64,000 bases of DNA from a virus. Position numbers and translations under genes: made by a program. Below the pieces are notes generated by a model, which saw only the letters and a list, made by a program, of their open reading frames with translations, searched no databases and was not told the DNA's origin. Position 1 is the stretch's first letter, and each line of letters begins with the position of its first letter. The stretch lies in the IMG/VR virus record IMGVR_UViG_3300013102_000032, positions 1-64,000 of that record, one strand, 5' to 3'. Below are positions 38,232-48,025 of this stretch, piece after piece.

Positions 38232-39536
38232 TTATTCATAATTAATATCTTCAATACCCTTGTCTGTACGTATTGATTTGAAAACAGGAAATCTCAATGA
38301 AGGTAATTCTGTCTTTTCGTCTTTACTTTCCTCGAAGAATTGGACTTCAATAATCTTGCCAACAATTTCGCTTGGATTTGCAATAAATTGTCTACGTTGC
38401 TCCAGTGTAAAGCCAGAGCCAACGCCCACGGAATTGCCTTTGTACTCAACATTTACACGACCTAGCAACCCTTTGAATTGTCCGTCAATAGCTTCTTCTA
38501 TATCTAGTACAAGTAAATCAGCAGTCTGCATAGTTTTTACTTTTTGCAAACCAACAATACGCTTATTCTCATAATATCCATTAGCAGTATTGACCATCAG
38601 ACCTTCGTATCCATCTTTCTCAACTTGCTCTAACAGTGTTGGAATTACGGATTTATCTGTTCCTACGTATAACACAGGGAGAATGCTGATATTTTTAGTT
38701 GATTGAATAAATTTAGATATCATTGTATCTAAATTATATCTTCTCTCTTCGTAAGTCTTTTCTGATTTTCCATTTTGAAATTCTGAAATAGATAGATAGT
38801 CAAAGATATGAAATTTCAAACCCTTTTTATCTCCATCTTTTCTTACGACTTTTTGCGTAGCTCTGAATAATTCATCAGATGGAAGGTTGTTTATATTGAA
38901 TAATAGCAACTCACCGTCATAAACACCATTTGGTAAATTGGCAAATTGCTCTTCTAACTCTACCATCCCCTCAACAGGCTGTCCTTTGCGACTGAAAAAC
39001 TTAACAACACTATTGTCTACAATTGCAACACATCTGTTTCCATCTAGTTTGAGAGTAACGTAGAATTTTCCAGTAACTTTGTCAGATTTCTTAGCGAATG
39101 ATTCAGCTAACATTACTGCAAAACTAGGGATAGTTCCTTTGCCATAAACTTTATTGACCGTCTTTTCTGAGATGCCTAGTTTTAAATCTTTTGTTACAAA
39201 CTTCTTTACAAATGTTTGCAGTTCTTCGCTTTCAAGACCTTCTATGTATCGCTGAATCAATGCTATATCTTCATCCCTACCAGTGTTACTTACAGAAAGA
39301 TGTTCAATAATATCGTCCAAACTTCGGATAGGATGATATTTTTCACTAATACCGCTAACATCTTTATTCATTTTCTTAGTTGAAATACCTGTGACTATGT
39401 ATGGATTTAGCAAGAAGATAAGAGCTTCACGGAAATCCATGTCGCCCTTATTATTCTTAAGTATCTGTTCTTTTGCTAGTTTTCCGCTCTGATTCTCTAA
39501 GCTAGTCATTATATTATATATATTATGTATATTCAT
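38232..39536 (-). CDS. lig: ATP-dependent DNA ligase
   Basis: KLDGNR, DGEL, EGLMV, GVGSGF, SLRFPVF. Confidence 0.93.
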   Translation of the reverse strand: MNIHNIYNIMTSLENQSGKLAKEQILKNNKGDMDFREALIFLLNPYIVTGISTKKMNKDVSGISEKYHPIRSLDDIIEHLSVSNTGRDEDIALIQRYIEGLESEELQTFVKKFVTKDLKLGISEKTVNKVYGKGTIPSFAVMLAESFAKKSDKVTGKFYVTLKLDGNRCVAIVDNSVVKFFSRKGQPVEGMVELEEQFANLPNGVYDGELLLFNINNLPSDELFRATQKVVRKDGDKKGLKFHIFDYLSISEFQNGKSEKTYEERRYNLDTMISKFIQSTKNISILPVLYVGTDKSVIPTLLEQVEKDGYEGLMVNTANGYYENKRIVGLQKVKTMQTADLLVLDIEEAIDGQFKGLLGRVNVEYKGNSVGVGSGFTLEQRRQFIANPSEIVGKIIEVQFFEESKDEKTELPSLRFPVFKSIRTDKGIEDINYE

Positions 39537-40126
39537 TATACCGAAGCTCCTTTTTTCGTTGGGCGAGTAATCAACTCATCTACTAAGCCTAATTCCAATG
39601 CTTCTTCTCCTGTAAAAAACCAATCTATCTTTCTATCTCTTAGTTCTAATAGCTTTCTTTTCTTAATATCTGTTTTATCAACTAGGAAATTATCTAACAT
39701 TTCTTGAAGCCTAACACTCTCTTCAACGTGTTGAATTTCATCCATTAGCTTCCCATGATGCCCACTAGTTAATTGATGTTGCATAAACGTAGCCAATTTG
39801 TGTGCAAATCTCTTATGACCTGCGGAGAAAATAGTTAAACCCATGCTCATAGCTTTGCCATAACAATATGTATGTATTGGAGTTTCGCTAGTCTCAATCA
39901 TGCCTACTAGAGCCATTCCGCTATAGCAACTTCCACCAAAAGAATCTATAATTATTTTAATTGGTTGACGAATATATCCAACAGTAATTTTGCTTTGTTT
40001 GTCATCGTAGTCATTGAATTTACGAATACCTATAATCACATCTTTTATTGACTCTGCTGAAATTTCTTTATTTAATAGAAACTCTCTATCTGGAAGCATG
40101 TTTGGATTAATGTTGTTGTTTGTCAT
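39536..40126 (-). CDS. clpP: ClpP-like protease, paralogue 2
   Basis: IDSFGG, AMSMG, FMQHQ, EEALELGLVD. Confidence 0.85.
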   Translation of the reverse strand: MTNNNINPNMLPDREFLLNKEISAESIKDVIIGIRKFNDYDDKQSKITVGYIRQPIKIIIDSFGGSCYSGMALVGMIETSETPIHTYCYGKAMSMGLTIFSAGHKRFAHKLATFMQHQLTSGHHGKLMDEIQHVEESVRLQEMLDNFLVDKTDIKKRKLLELRDRKIDWFFTGEEALELGLVDELITRPTKKGASV

Positions 40127-40146
40127 GATTAATCTCTCCTTTTTCT

Positions 40147-41145
40147 TTAGTGAGACAGAGTATCTGCCTCACGTAGAAATTCTAATTTATTGTAGAAATC
40201 TTCTCCTACACGTTCTTTTAGCTTTTCTCTATTTGCATTGTCGTCTAATAGATACATATGGAATTGGATAAGTATAGATACATCTTCGATGAATCTATCT
40301 TCAAAGTTCATTTGCTTCAAGAAGTTTACGGCAATTTGAGATCCAACACACTCATGACCAATGAATTGTGCATGTCTCATTTCTTCGCCCTTTCGACTAA
40401 TGAAAGTCTTGCAAAACTCCTTGCCGATATCATGTAGCAATGCAGTCCAAAGCATTAACTCTTTATCTTCGCCATCGTAGTTATCTAAAACATGTTTATA
40501 GACATAATAAATATGTCGGCTCACCGATAAGGTGTGCCATTTTGAATCTTGAGACAAATCGTAGATTTTAAAGAAGTCTTCAAAGTAGGAGGCTAGAAAC
40601 TTCATCAAATCATATCCTTCTCTACCTAGTAAAACCGCTACTCGAATCGCATCTGTAAACTGTTTTGGCAAATCGGTTTCAATAATCTCGTCTGTGTATT
40701 CGAAGATGATATTATCCCAACCCTCAGACTTAATTGGAATTTGCATAGTTTTATACATTCGCTCGATAACATCAACTGGCACTTTTCTATCTCGACCATC
40801 ATTACGAATAAGAATCTCTTCGTATGGAGTTGCAACGTAGATAGCAATCTTTTTTACTGACTTTGGAAGTTGCTTAAGCAATCCTTGTCTTTTCTTTCGT
40901 GAGATATTGGTAGCATCATAGATTACACTTCTACCATTCTTCAAAGATTCCTTAGTTCTAGTAGCCATAGTTGCAAATACTTCACCATTGATATCTTGTC
41001 TATTGACATCTCCTGTTAGCTCTTCTCTAATTGCATCGGAAGAGATGTAGTCGATATCATCTCTCCCTTTCATTAGATCTTCTGCAACAGTAGATTTACC
41101 ACTTCCTGCAATTCCTACTAGCATAATAAATTTTGATTCATTCAT
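40147..41145 (-). CDS. Polynucleotide kinase (AAA_33) fused to an HD domain
   Basis: GIAGSGKST, YDATN, LLHDIGK...HE..G. Confidence 0.85.
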   Translation of the reverse strand: MNESKFIMLVGIAGSGKSTVAEDLMKGRDDIDYISSDAIREELTGDVNRQDINGEVFATMATRTKESLKNGRSVIYDATNISRKKRQGLLKQLPKSVKKIAIYVATPYEEILIRNDGRDRKVPVDVIERMYKTMQIPIKSEGWDNIIFEYTDEIIETDLPKQFTDAIRVAVLLGREGYDLMKFLASYFEDFFKIYDLSQDSKWHTLSVSRHIYYVYKHVLDNYDGEDKELMLWTALLHDIGKEFCKTFISRKGEEMRHAQFIGHECVGSQIAVNFLKQMNFEDRFIEDVSILIQFHMYLLDDNANREKLKERVGEDFYNKLEFLREADTLSH

Positions 41146-41155
41146 GTTATCACTC

Positions 41156-42427
41156 CTATTCTGCAGATTCAGCTTCTTCCATATCTAAAACATCGTCAGA
41201 TTTAATAATTCCTTCTAGTACTTTGAAGTTGAAGTTCTTATGTTTCAAAGCTGTGAATTTTTCTTTTCCTTCGATTCGCACAATGATACCTTCACGTAAA
41301 TGTGTTTTGCCAATAGGGTCAACACCATCTTCATACTTAGCAACTCGTTCTAATAAATCGTTATTTGTTGTATATGTGAATCTGTCTAACTCTGGTGTAT
41401 ATTTAACTCCCATTTGCTCACAACGAATTTTTACTAAATCTGTCGGATACTCTACAACATATCCATCTTCGTTAGTCATAGTCATTCGGTAAGCATAGAT
41501 GTCACTTTGTCCAACCGCACAACCATATGTGAATCGAGTTTTATCGCCATATTGTTTAATAAACTCTTTATCTCTAGTTTTCTTATTATCACATTCTGGC
41601 ATAATCAAACCGCCATCTTCTGTATATCCTACTACTTCATAGAAAATAGTTTCGCCTTTTTTCAATTTTCCTTCAAACAAATCGTGCCACTGTTTACGAA
41701 ATTGATTGCCACCATAAAATCCGCCATCAAAGCTCTCAAGATTTACTCTTCGAGTACCTGTGGCTAACTCCCACTTATTCTGTTTAGGTAACTTGATGCC
41801 AACTTTTTTCAACAAATCTCTTAATTTAGATGTCTCTTTTTTAATAGTATTAGTTGTACGCTGAGAAGTACCATGCATTTTTAAAGTAATTACACATTGG
41901 TCGCCTTCTTTAAATCTATTAGTATTGTAAGCTAGTTGTGCAGTATCAATGTGTTGCTCAAACAAAGGATACAAATTCTCTTTCTTTTTAGCATTACCCT
42001 TAGTGCTTACAGTACCACCTTTAGCTTTGCCTTTAGGTACGTATTTCTCACAGATTAAGACACCGTTGATAGTAGAGATATTATCTCCTTCTTTTAACTT
42101 TGTAACATCTGTAAATTTAGAAAGGCTATTTACTGATAAAAATAAACCATCAGATTTTTCTCCACGCAATTTAAGACTAGTAATATGACGCTTTTCTGGA
42201 TCTAAATATCCACCTTCATTACTTCCGCTAATACGTACTAAGTTGTTCTCTGTTGCAAATTCTACACTCAACTTTCCGTCAGTTGGGAAGTACACTCCTA
42301 AATCTCCAACCTTAACATCTAATCCAACGATAACATCGTTCCCAAATAATGTAGCAACTTGTAATCGGTCTGCGTTAGAATGCTTTCTCAATTCTTTAAC
42401 TGTTGTAACATATCCACAATAACTCAT
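41156..42427 (-). CDS. RNA ligase (Rnl2/DRB0094-like) with N-terminal OB domain
   Basis: HSNADRL, LRGEKSDGL, KMHGTS, REGIIVR, ALKHK. Confidence 0.85.
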   Translation of the reverse strand: MSYCGYVTTVKELRKHSNADRLQVATLFGNDVIVGLDVKVGDLGVYFPTDGKLSVEFATENNLVRISGSNEGGYLDPEKRHITSLKLRGEKSDGLFLSVNSLSKFTDVTKLKEGDNISTINGVLICEKYVPKGKAKGGTVSTKGNAKKKENLYPLFEQHIDTAQLAYNTNRFKEGDQCVITLKMHGTSQRTTNTIKKETSKLRDLLKKVGIKLPKQNKWELATGTRRVNLESFDGGFYGGNQFRKQWHDLFEGKLKKGETIFYEVVGYTEDGGLIMPECDNKKTRDKEFIKQYGDKTRFTYGCAVGQSDIYAYRMTMTNEDGYVVEYPTDLVKIRCEQMGVKYTPELDRFTYTTNNDLLERVAKYEDGVDPIGKTHLREGIIVRIEGKEKFTALKHKNFNFKVLEGIIKSDDVLDMEEAESAE

Positions 42428-42469
42428 TCAACATCTCTCCCTTTTATATGTTTCTTCTCTACTTATATT

Positions 42470-42498
42470 ATTATATCATTATATGTTGCACTTGTCAA
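42470..42498 (-). promoter_or_regulatory. Sigma-A promoter of the RNA ligase-PNK-ClpP-DNA ligase operon
   Basis: TTGACA-17-TATAAT with ATAATG. Confidence 0.78.
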
Positions 42499-42509
42499 CA
42501 ACTAATCTA

Positions 42510-43319
42510 TTATTTTATTAATTTTGATAAATCTAATCTTCCTTTAATCATTTCTTTAATCTCATCATTAGATAATTCTATACCTTTTTTTCTGTAATAA
42601 GAGATTAATAACGCTATGCTACCTGCTACCAAAGGCGATGCCATACTTGTGCCATTCATAATAGCGTATTTACCATCTTTATACGTACTTAATACTTCTA
42701 CAGATGGAGCTAGTACATCATATCCATAGTTAGAGAAATCCGCAACATTACCATCTAGGTCTAAGCCACCAACAGATATTACTTCATTCATAGAAGCAGG
42801 ATATCTAGAAGGAGAATTTATGTCATTGCCAACCGCACAAACTATAGTAACACCTGCCTCATAAGCTTCTATTATTCTCTGTATTAATATCTGAGGGATA
42901 TAATGTTGCACTCCTAGACTAATAGATAATACATCTGCTTTTAGATTAATCGCATGAGTGATGCCATCCATAACATTGCTAATACTACCATTTCCATCTT
43001 TGTCTAGCACTTTTATAGCATGTAGTTTAGCCATCGGTGCAACACCTGTACGCTTGCCAACTAACAATCCTGCAACATGAGTTCCATGACCAAGCTCGTC
43101 AGATACGTCAAGGCTCTTTTCTATCATATTGAATCTACTAATAACTCTATCGCTAATGTCTTTGTGATTTACATCTACACCTGTATCCATTGTTACTATT
43201 GTAACGCCTTCGCCCTTTGTTTTACTATGAGCTTTACTAACATTTATAAAGTCTAATGCCCAACTATTTTGATCCTTTTTTAATCTGTCCAATACTTCAA
43301 CCCTGTTTAAGTCTCTCAT
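42510..43319 (-). CDS. Subtilisin-like S8 serine protease with no signal peptide
   Basis: DTGVD, HGTHVAG and GTSMASP catalytic triad. Confidence 0.92.
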   Translation of the reverse strand: MRDLNRVEVLDRLKKDQNSWALDFINVSKAHSKTKGEGVTIVTMDTGVDVNHKDISDRVISRFNMIEKSLDVSDELGHGTHVAGLLVGKRTGVAPMAKLHAIKVLDKDGNGSISNVMDGITHAINLKADVLSISLGVQHYIPQILIQRIIEAYEAGVTIVCAVGNDINSPSRYPASMNEVISVGGLDLDGNVADFSNYGYDVLAPSVEVLSTYKDGKYAIMNGTSMASPLVAGSIALLISYYRKKGIELSNDEIKEMIKGRLDLSKLIK

Positions 43320-43522
43320 TTAGTAGCTCTCTCTTCTTCTATTCTCTGTTTTGCCATGATTGTATCATGCTGATACTTTAGTACCTCTATTTCTTTTTTG
43401 CACTTAGGACAATACATAACAAATAGTTCTTCTAGGTCATAACCTACTCCAGAATCTATGTCCTTCTTATGTGTGGTAAGAAGGACATATTTGTGCTTGC
43501 AAAAATATCGTCTAAGTGTCAT
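43316..43522 (-). CDS. Small zinc-binding protein
   Basis: FCKHKY...CPKC. Confidence 0.6.
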   Translation of the reverse strand: MTLRRYFCKHKYVLLTTHKKDIDSGVGYDLEELFVMYCPKCKKEIEVLKYQHDTIMAKQRIEEERATK

Positions 43523-43524
43523 AA

Positions 43525-43791
43525 TTATTCGTTCTCCTTAACTGTAACAGTTCCCTCAAACACTCCAAATACTGAATCCGCTTGGAATTTATATTCCTTT
43601 GGCTCATATCCTTCTTCCATAGGCTCTGTAAGATACCATATGGTATCATCTTTCCAAGTTATATTGATAAGTTTTTCGCCTTGTGGCAATTCTACATCAT
43701 AATCTCCACCAAAGCTTTTAGCTCCTATTTGACTACATCCTGTTGCTAACAATGTTGATGCGATTAATAATGTTAATATAATTTTTTTCAT
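43525..43791 (-). CDS. Lipoprotein
   Basis: Lipobox LATG-C. Confidence 0.72.
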   Translation of the reverse strand: MKKIILTLLIASTLLATGCSQIGAKSFGGDYDVELPQGEKLINITWKDDTIWYLTEPMEEGYEPKEYKFQADSVFGVFEGTVTVKENE

Positions 43792-43792
43792 A

Positions 43793-44416
43793 TTATAATT
43801 CCTCCTTGGTTTCTAGTTCCGATTTTAATGGTGCTAGTACTCTTAATTCAGATTTAAGACTGTTGTAGATTGGCTTAAACATTGGGTCTAAAACTTTCCA
43901 ATCTGGCTTAGTGCTCATGATAACCCCTAATAACACATTGACAGAAGAGTAATTAACAATCCTGCCGTGTTTCGCAATTTGAATAGCGAAATCTAGAATG
44001 CGGAGTGAATGGAATAAGCTCTTTAGACCAATATATACCTCTCCATCTCTAATCTTCTTTTTGCATTTGACATAACTATTAGAAGCCACTGCCGAAAACT
44101 TTCGTCTAAGCTTCTCTAAGTCAAGGTCAAAATGTATAAGATATCTATCATCTTCGCTCTGAAAAATACATTCTAAAATATGTACATCATGCTCTTTAAT
44201 CATATCTATAAATAAAGGCTCGCTATATACTGTGTAATCGGAGTCCTCATTTCTTACGTTGTAAGAAAACTTCTCTTCTGATTTAACAACTACTATATAA
44301 TCTCTGTCGGAATTTATCGTTCTAGTACGATATACAGATGAGCCATATTCATACAGTCGAATAATTGGCTCTGTAATTCTTTCTTTTTCAATAAATGTGC
44401 CGTTGGCGTTATTCAT
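43793..44416 (-). CDS. Pol-beta superfamily nucleotidyltransferase (probable start MNNANG)
   Basis: YGSSVY...SDRDY motif plus helical C-terminal domain. Confidence 0.78.
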   Translation of the reverse strand: MNNANGTFIEKERITEPIIRLYEYGSSVYRTRTINSDRDYIVVVKSEEKFSYNVRNEDSDYTVYSEPLFIDMIKEHDVHILECIFQSEDDRYLIHFDLDLEKLRRKFSAVASNSYVKCKKKIRDGEVYIGLKSLFHSLRILDFAIQIAKHGRIVNYSSVNVLLGVIMSTKPDWKVLDPMFKPIYNSLKSELRVLAPLKSELETKEEL

Positions 44417-44429
44417 GTTTATCACTCCC

Positions 44430-45092
44430 TTACATTCTCTCTGATAAGTAATCATAAGCTTTTTTAAGCTTTTTAAAGTTGGCTTCTAGACCGCCAACAT
44501 CTGGATGATGTATTTTAGAAAGCTTTCTATATGAAGACTTTAAATCACTAGCAGTAAATCCATCTTGAAGACTCATAAGCTTCATAGCATTAACTCTATT
44601 ATTGTCTACTGTTCTTTGTTGCGTATAGCTTTGTTGTCGTTGGTTCTGTTGTTGTTTTTGTTGTTGCCGTTGATTATTAATATGATCTCTCAATAGTCTT
44701 TCAAACAACTCGTCCATCTCTCTTTGTTTACGCTCTTCATCCCATTTACGTAGTTGCTCTTCATACTCTCTCATTCTACGTTGTTCTGCTTTCTCATACT
44801 CGACATATTCTTCTTCCTTTTTCTTTCTGTCTCTTGTAATCTTGCTATCTCTAAGATAGAATACATATGATGTATTTAGTAAAATGACAGGAATAAATAG
44901 AAATAAATATACAATAAGACTAGGAAACATTATTAATGATGAGATTAAATATGCAAACATAAATATAAATGGCGTTAAATTAATATAGAAAGCAGTGTTA
45001 TCATCCATAACATCTTCATATATCTTAGGACTTCTTCTTATTACGTTGTAGTAAAATCTGAAAAATGAAAAAATAGGTGATTCAAATTTCAT
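44430..45092 (-). CDS. Membrane-anchored J-domain (DnaJ-like) protein
   Basis: Two TM helices, coiled coil, C-terminal YRKLSKIHHPDVGG...KAYDYL. Confidence 0.85.
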   Translation of the reverse strand: MKFESPIFSFFRFYYNVIRRSPKIYEDVMDDNTAFYINLTPFIFMFAYLISSLIMFPSLIVYLFLFIPVILLNTSYVFYLRDSKITRDRKKKEEEYVEYEKAEQRRMREYEEQLRKWDEERKQREMDELFERLLRDHINNQRQQQKQQQNQRQQSYTQQRTVDNNRVNAMKLMSLQDGFTASDLKSSYRKLSKIHHPDVGGLEANFKKLKKAYDYLSERM

Positions 45093-45107
45093 TTGCGTTC
45101 ACTCCTT

Positions 45108-45275
45108 CTATTCGTGTTTTAGTAAGCTCTTTATATACCAATGTAACTCTAATTCGATATTTGCCATTCGAATATTACGCTCCAGTAATTGTTCTACAGA
45201 TTCTTTAATTGCTTCTTTTGCTTTGTTTAAGATTGCAATATCTTCTTCGTCTAAGATATGTTTTCCATCGATCAT
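45108..45275 (-). CDS. Hypothetical protein (55 aa, not in ORF track)
   Basis: MIDGKHILDEEDIAIL...; RBS GAGGTG. Confidence 0.55.
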   Translation of the reverse strand: MIDGKHILDEEDIAILNKAKEAIKESVEQLLERNIRMANIELELHWYIKSLLKHE

Positions 45276-45284
45276 AATTTCACC

Positions 45285-45542
45285 TCATTTAACACATCCG
45301 TAAATATTGGTCTTGCCTTGTTTATCTACGATTATATATTCTCCGTCAATCTTTTCACAATCATTTCTATTATCTTTATGCGACATTGATGACGCTATTA
45401 CTAAAGCGAATACTACCGCAAAACCAAATGCTATAACTAATCCCACAGACATATAAGTATAGTCAACAGGTGTTTTATTCTTTTCTTTCCATTCTTTTAA
45501 CTCACGTTTTTTTCTCTTTTGATATTCATATCCGTCTAGCAT
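45285..45542 (-). CDS. Small membrane protein
   Basis: Single TM helix. Confidence 0.6.
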   Translation of the reverse strand: MLDGYEYQKRKKRELKEWKEKNKTPVDYTYMSVGLVIAFGFAVVFALVIASSMSHKDNRNDCEKIDGEYIIVDKQGKTNIYGCVK

Positions 45543-45577
45543 TTATGTTTCACCGCCATCCTATAATTTTCAACTGT

Positions 45578-45595
45578 ATAAAAGAGTCGTTTTAT
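45578..45595. repeat. Junction motif ATAAAA-GAGTCG-TTTTAT
   Basis: Context actgtataaaa-N6-ttttatcaa matches the 9276 copy. Confidence 0.75.
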
Positions 45596-45600
45596 CAATT

Positions 45601-45638
45601 TTTAAGTACCATATAATTCGAATTATATGGTACTTAAA
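45601..45638. terminator. Perfect hairpin after gmk
   Basis: tttaagtaccatataattcgaattatatggtacttaaa. Confidence 0.7.
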
Positions 45639-45647
45639 GTGTTAATT

Positions 45648-46190
45648 TTAATATTGTTTCGCAATATTAATCAATATATCAACAGTTTTTCCACTTTTAC
45701 CTCGTACATTTTTTACAACATAATCAAACTCGCCCTTATTAGAAATTTCCTCATCATATGTAGAAATTCTTCTCAATGCTTTTTCTAAAGAGTCGCCACG
45801 CAACAACATATTAGCCATGCAATCCTCTTTGCTCATATGTAGGAAGATCCCTACTGCATCTGGATACAATCTTTTAATCTGACTATAGCCATTGTATTCT
45901 GCAATAATAAATACATGTGCAGATTTATCCATTACTCTAGCAATCTCTTCATGAGAGATAGCATACTTGTAACCGTCATACTCTACATATTCAGCAAACT
46001 TTCCGCCTTTTAGATTTTCATCAAACGTCTGGTCTTTAACAAAATAATAAGTCTTCCCATCGATTTCACCTTTTCTAATAGGTCTTGTAGTATGAGAAAT
46101 ACATTCACTCCATACATTTAACTCTGACACTCTATGAGATAACGATGTCTTACCGCTTCCACTTGCACCAACTATAACAAATAATGACAT
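45648..46190 (-). CDS. gmk: Guanylate kinase
   Basis: GASGSGKT, SHTTRPIRKGEIDGKTYYFV. Confidence 0.9.
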   Translation of the reverse strand: MSLFVIVGASGSGKTSLSHRVSELNVWSECISHTTRPIRKGEIDGKTYYFVKDQTFDENLKGGKFAEYVEYDGYKYAISHEEIARVMDKSAHVFIIAEYNGYSQIKRLYPDAVGIFLHMSKEDCMANMLLRGDSLEKALRRISTYDEEISNKGEFDYVVKNVRGKSGKTVDILINIAKQY

Positions 46191-46202
46191 ATATATCTCT
46201 CC

Positions 46203-46424
46203 TTATTTACGATTCTTCCTACGTGATGCTTTAGCTAATTTACGTCTTGCTTTTGTCTTTGCTTTAGTCTTATTACTTACTTTATTAATTCCATTGACAT
46301 TCTTTAATCCTTGTTTAAATAACGCCATCGTTTCATCAAATGTCATACCTTCTTCGTCAGCAATTCCTTGAATTATCTCTTCTAATGTTTGATTCTCTTT
46401 TGGCAATACTTGTTCTTTTTCCAT
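46203..46424 (-). CDS. Small protein with basic C-terminal tail
   Basis: KARRKLAKASRRKNRK; RBS. Confidence 0.6.
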   Translation of the reverse strand: MEKEQVLPKENQTLEEIIQGIADEEGMTFDETMALFKQGLKNVNGINKVSNKTKAKTKARRKLAKASRRKNRK

Positions 46425-46451
46425 TGTAACATCTCCCTCTCTTATACTACT

Positions 46452-46480
46452 ATTATATCATTATTTTTATCTTTTGTCAA
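46452..46480 (-). promoter_or_regulatory. Sigma-A promoter
   Basis: TTGACA-17-TATAAT with ATAATG. Confidence 0.78.
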
Positions 46481-46486
46481 GCGTTT

Positions 46487-47023
46487 TTAAAATGGTAAGT
46501 AATTCCAATCGTAACTATTCTTAAATGTAGTTACCGTAGGCTTTCCTTCCCAATCTCCAGAAACATTTCTTTTTCCATACTTGACCATATTCTCTAATTG
46601 CTCCTTGTTTAATATTGCAAACTCTGGAGTATCTGTTTCCCATCCTAACACAATCAAGACATCTGCATTTTGTTCTATGTATGATTTGATAAGATTTAAC
46701 TTCAACCTAAATTTCAATAGATTGTGCTTTATAATCTTAACCTCCATAGGCTTTCCATTTACAATAAAGTCGGCATCATCTTTAACCTGTGTAACCTCTA
46801 TAAATTCTCCAGAGTTATCGACACCGTTATCAACAACGTCTAAATCTTTACCTGTTTTAGATTTATAAAACTTGGCATAACGATTTATAACTTCTCTTTC
46901 ATTTGTATGTCCTTGTTTTATATCTTCTTTAAACTGTTCATATGTACGACCAGATAGCCGTCTGTACTCAGCCTTATCTACACCTTCGTGATGCTCTATC
47001 AAATGTGCATTTGTAACCCTCAT
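46487..47023 (-). CDS. Putative PD-(D/E)xK nuclease
   Basis: G..NE...DADF......EVK pattern. Confidence 0.55.
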   Translation of the reverse strand: MRVTNAHLIEHHEGVDKAEYRRLSGRTYEQFKEDIKQGHTNEREVINRYAKFYKSKTGKDLDVVDNGVDNSGEFIEVTQVKDDADFIVNGKPMEVKIIKHNLLKFRLKLNLIKSYIEQNADVLIVLGWETDTPEFAILNKEQLENMVKYGKRNVSGDWEGKPTVTTFKNSYDWNYLPF

Positions 47024-47050
47024 CCTATCACACTCCTTTTATATAAATCT

Positions 47051-47079
47051 ATTATATCATTATTCTTTATACTTGTCAA
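47051..47079 (-). promoter_or_regulatory. Sigma-A promoter
   Basis: TTGACA-17-TATAAT with ATAATG. Confidence 0.78.
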
Positions 47080-47121
47080 TAGAAAAAGAAGAGATAAATT
47101 AATATCTCTTCTTTAAATTAA

Positions 47122-47913
47122 TTACTTACCACTTTGACCAAGCATAGTTTTTCCACGCTCAGATTCAATATCTTGTAATTTATCATATGTAATTTCGCTA
47201 ACAGTTGCTTTTGGCACTAGATCAACTGTTCCTTGTGCGATTGCCTTTGAAAGCGGATAGTATATGTATTTCTCATCTTCTTCTACTTTATCTACTAAAC
47301 TTGAAATGACAACTGATTTGCGTAATGGAGTTAATGCAATAAACATTTCATTACGGAATCCACTATCGACAACACCTGCAAGTACGCTCATAGACTGCAC
47401 TCCTGTACTACCTCGCTCATGCTTCAAGTTTAGATAATGAGTATTCGGCATCGCCACCGCTAATCCTGTTGGTACTAATGTCGTTGTTAATACAGGGCAT
47501 AATGCCTCGTAGTAAACAGTTCCATCTTCTAACTTGTTTGGGTAAGCTTCTAAATTAGCATAGATGTCATACCCTGCATCCTCATCACGCTTAGATGGAA
47601 TAATTGCATCTTCACGTACCTTTGCAAAGTATACTTGTGGATAGAAGATATTATTAATTAACTTGATAGCTTCATCTATCTTGTTTCCACCTGTAGATTT
47701 TACTAGCTTTTCTTTAGCAGAATACTTTAACTTGTCGAAGCCCCACATTTTATCTGTGTGTTCTTTTGTTTCGTTGCCGTCTTTATACGTTACAGTCATA
47801 GTTAAGTCTTCTTTGTTGATACTCTTAACTTTTCCTTCTTTTTTCAGCTCAACAATCCATACAACCTCGCTATCTTTGTAGAATCGTTTTTGTTTTTTAT
47901 TTTCGTTTGTCAT
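47122..47913 (-). CDS. dut: Trimeric dUTPase with N-terminal extra domain
   Basis: AGYDI, ERGSTG, GVVDSGFR, AIAQG, RG...GQSG. Confidence 0.88.
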   Translation of the reverse strand: MTNENKKQKRFYKDSEVVWIVELKKEGKVKSINKEDLTMTVTYKDGNETKEHTDKMWGFDKLKYSAKEKLVKSTGGNKIDEAIKLINNIFYPQVYFAKVREDAIIPSKRDEDAGYDIYANLEAYPNKLEDGTVYYEALCPVLTTTLVPTGLAVAMPNTHYLNLKHERGSTGVQSMSVLAGVVDSGFRNEMFIALTPLRKSVVISSLVDKVEEDEKYIYYPLSKAIAQGTVDLVPKATVSEITYDKLQDIESERGKTMLGQSGK

Positions 47914-47972
47914 TGTGGAATTTCCCCTTTTGTTTTAATTAATAATAGAGTAGACTATTTATCTACTCTATT

Positions 47973-48001
47973 ATTATATCATTATTTTTTGCGACTGTCA
48001 A
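47973..48001 (-). promoter_or_regulatory. Sigma-A promoter
   Basis: TTGACA-17-TATAAT with ATAATG. Confidence 0.78.
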
Positions 48002-48025
48002 AGTATCATGCTACGTTTTTATTAA

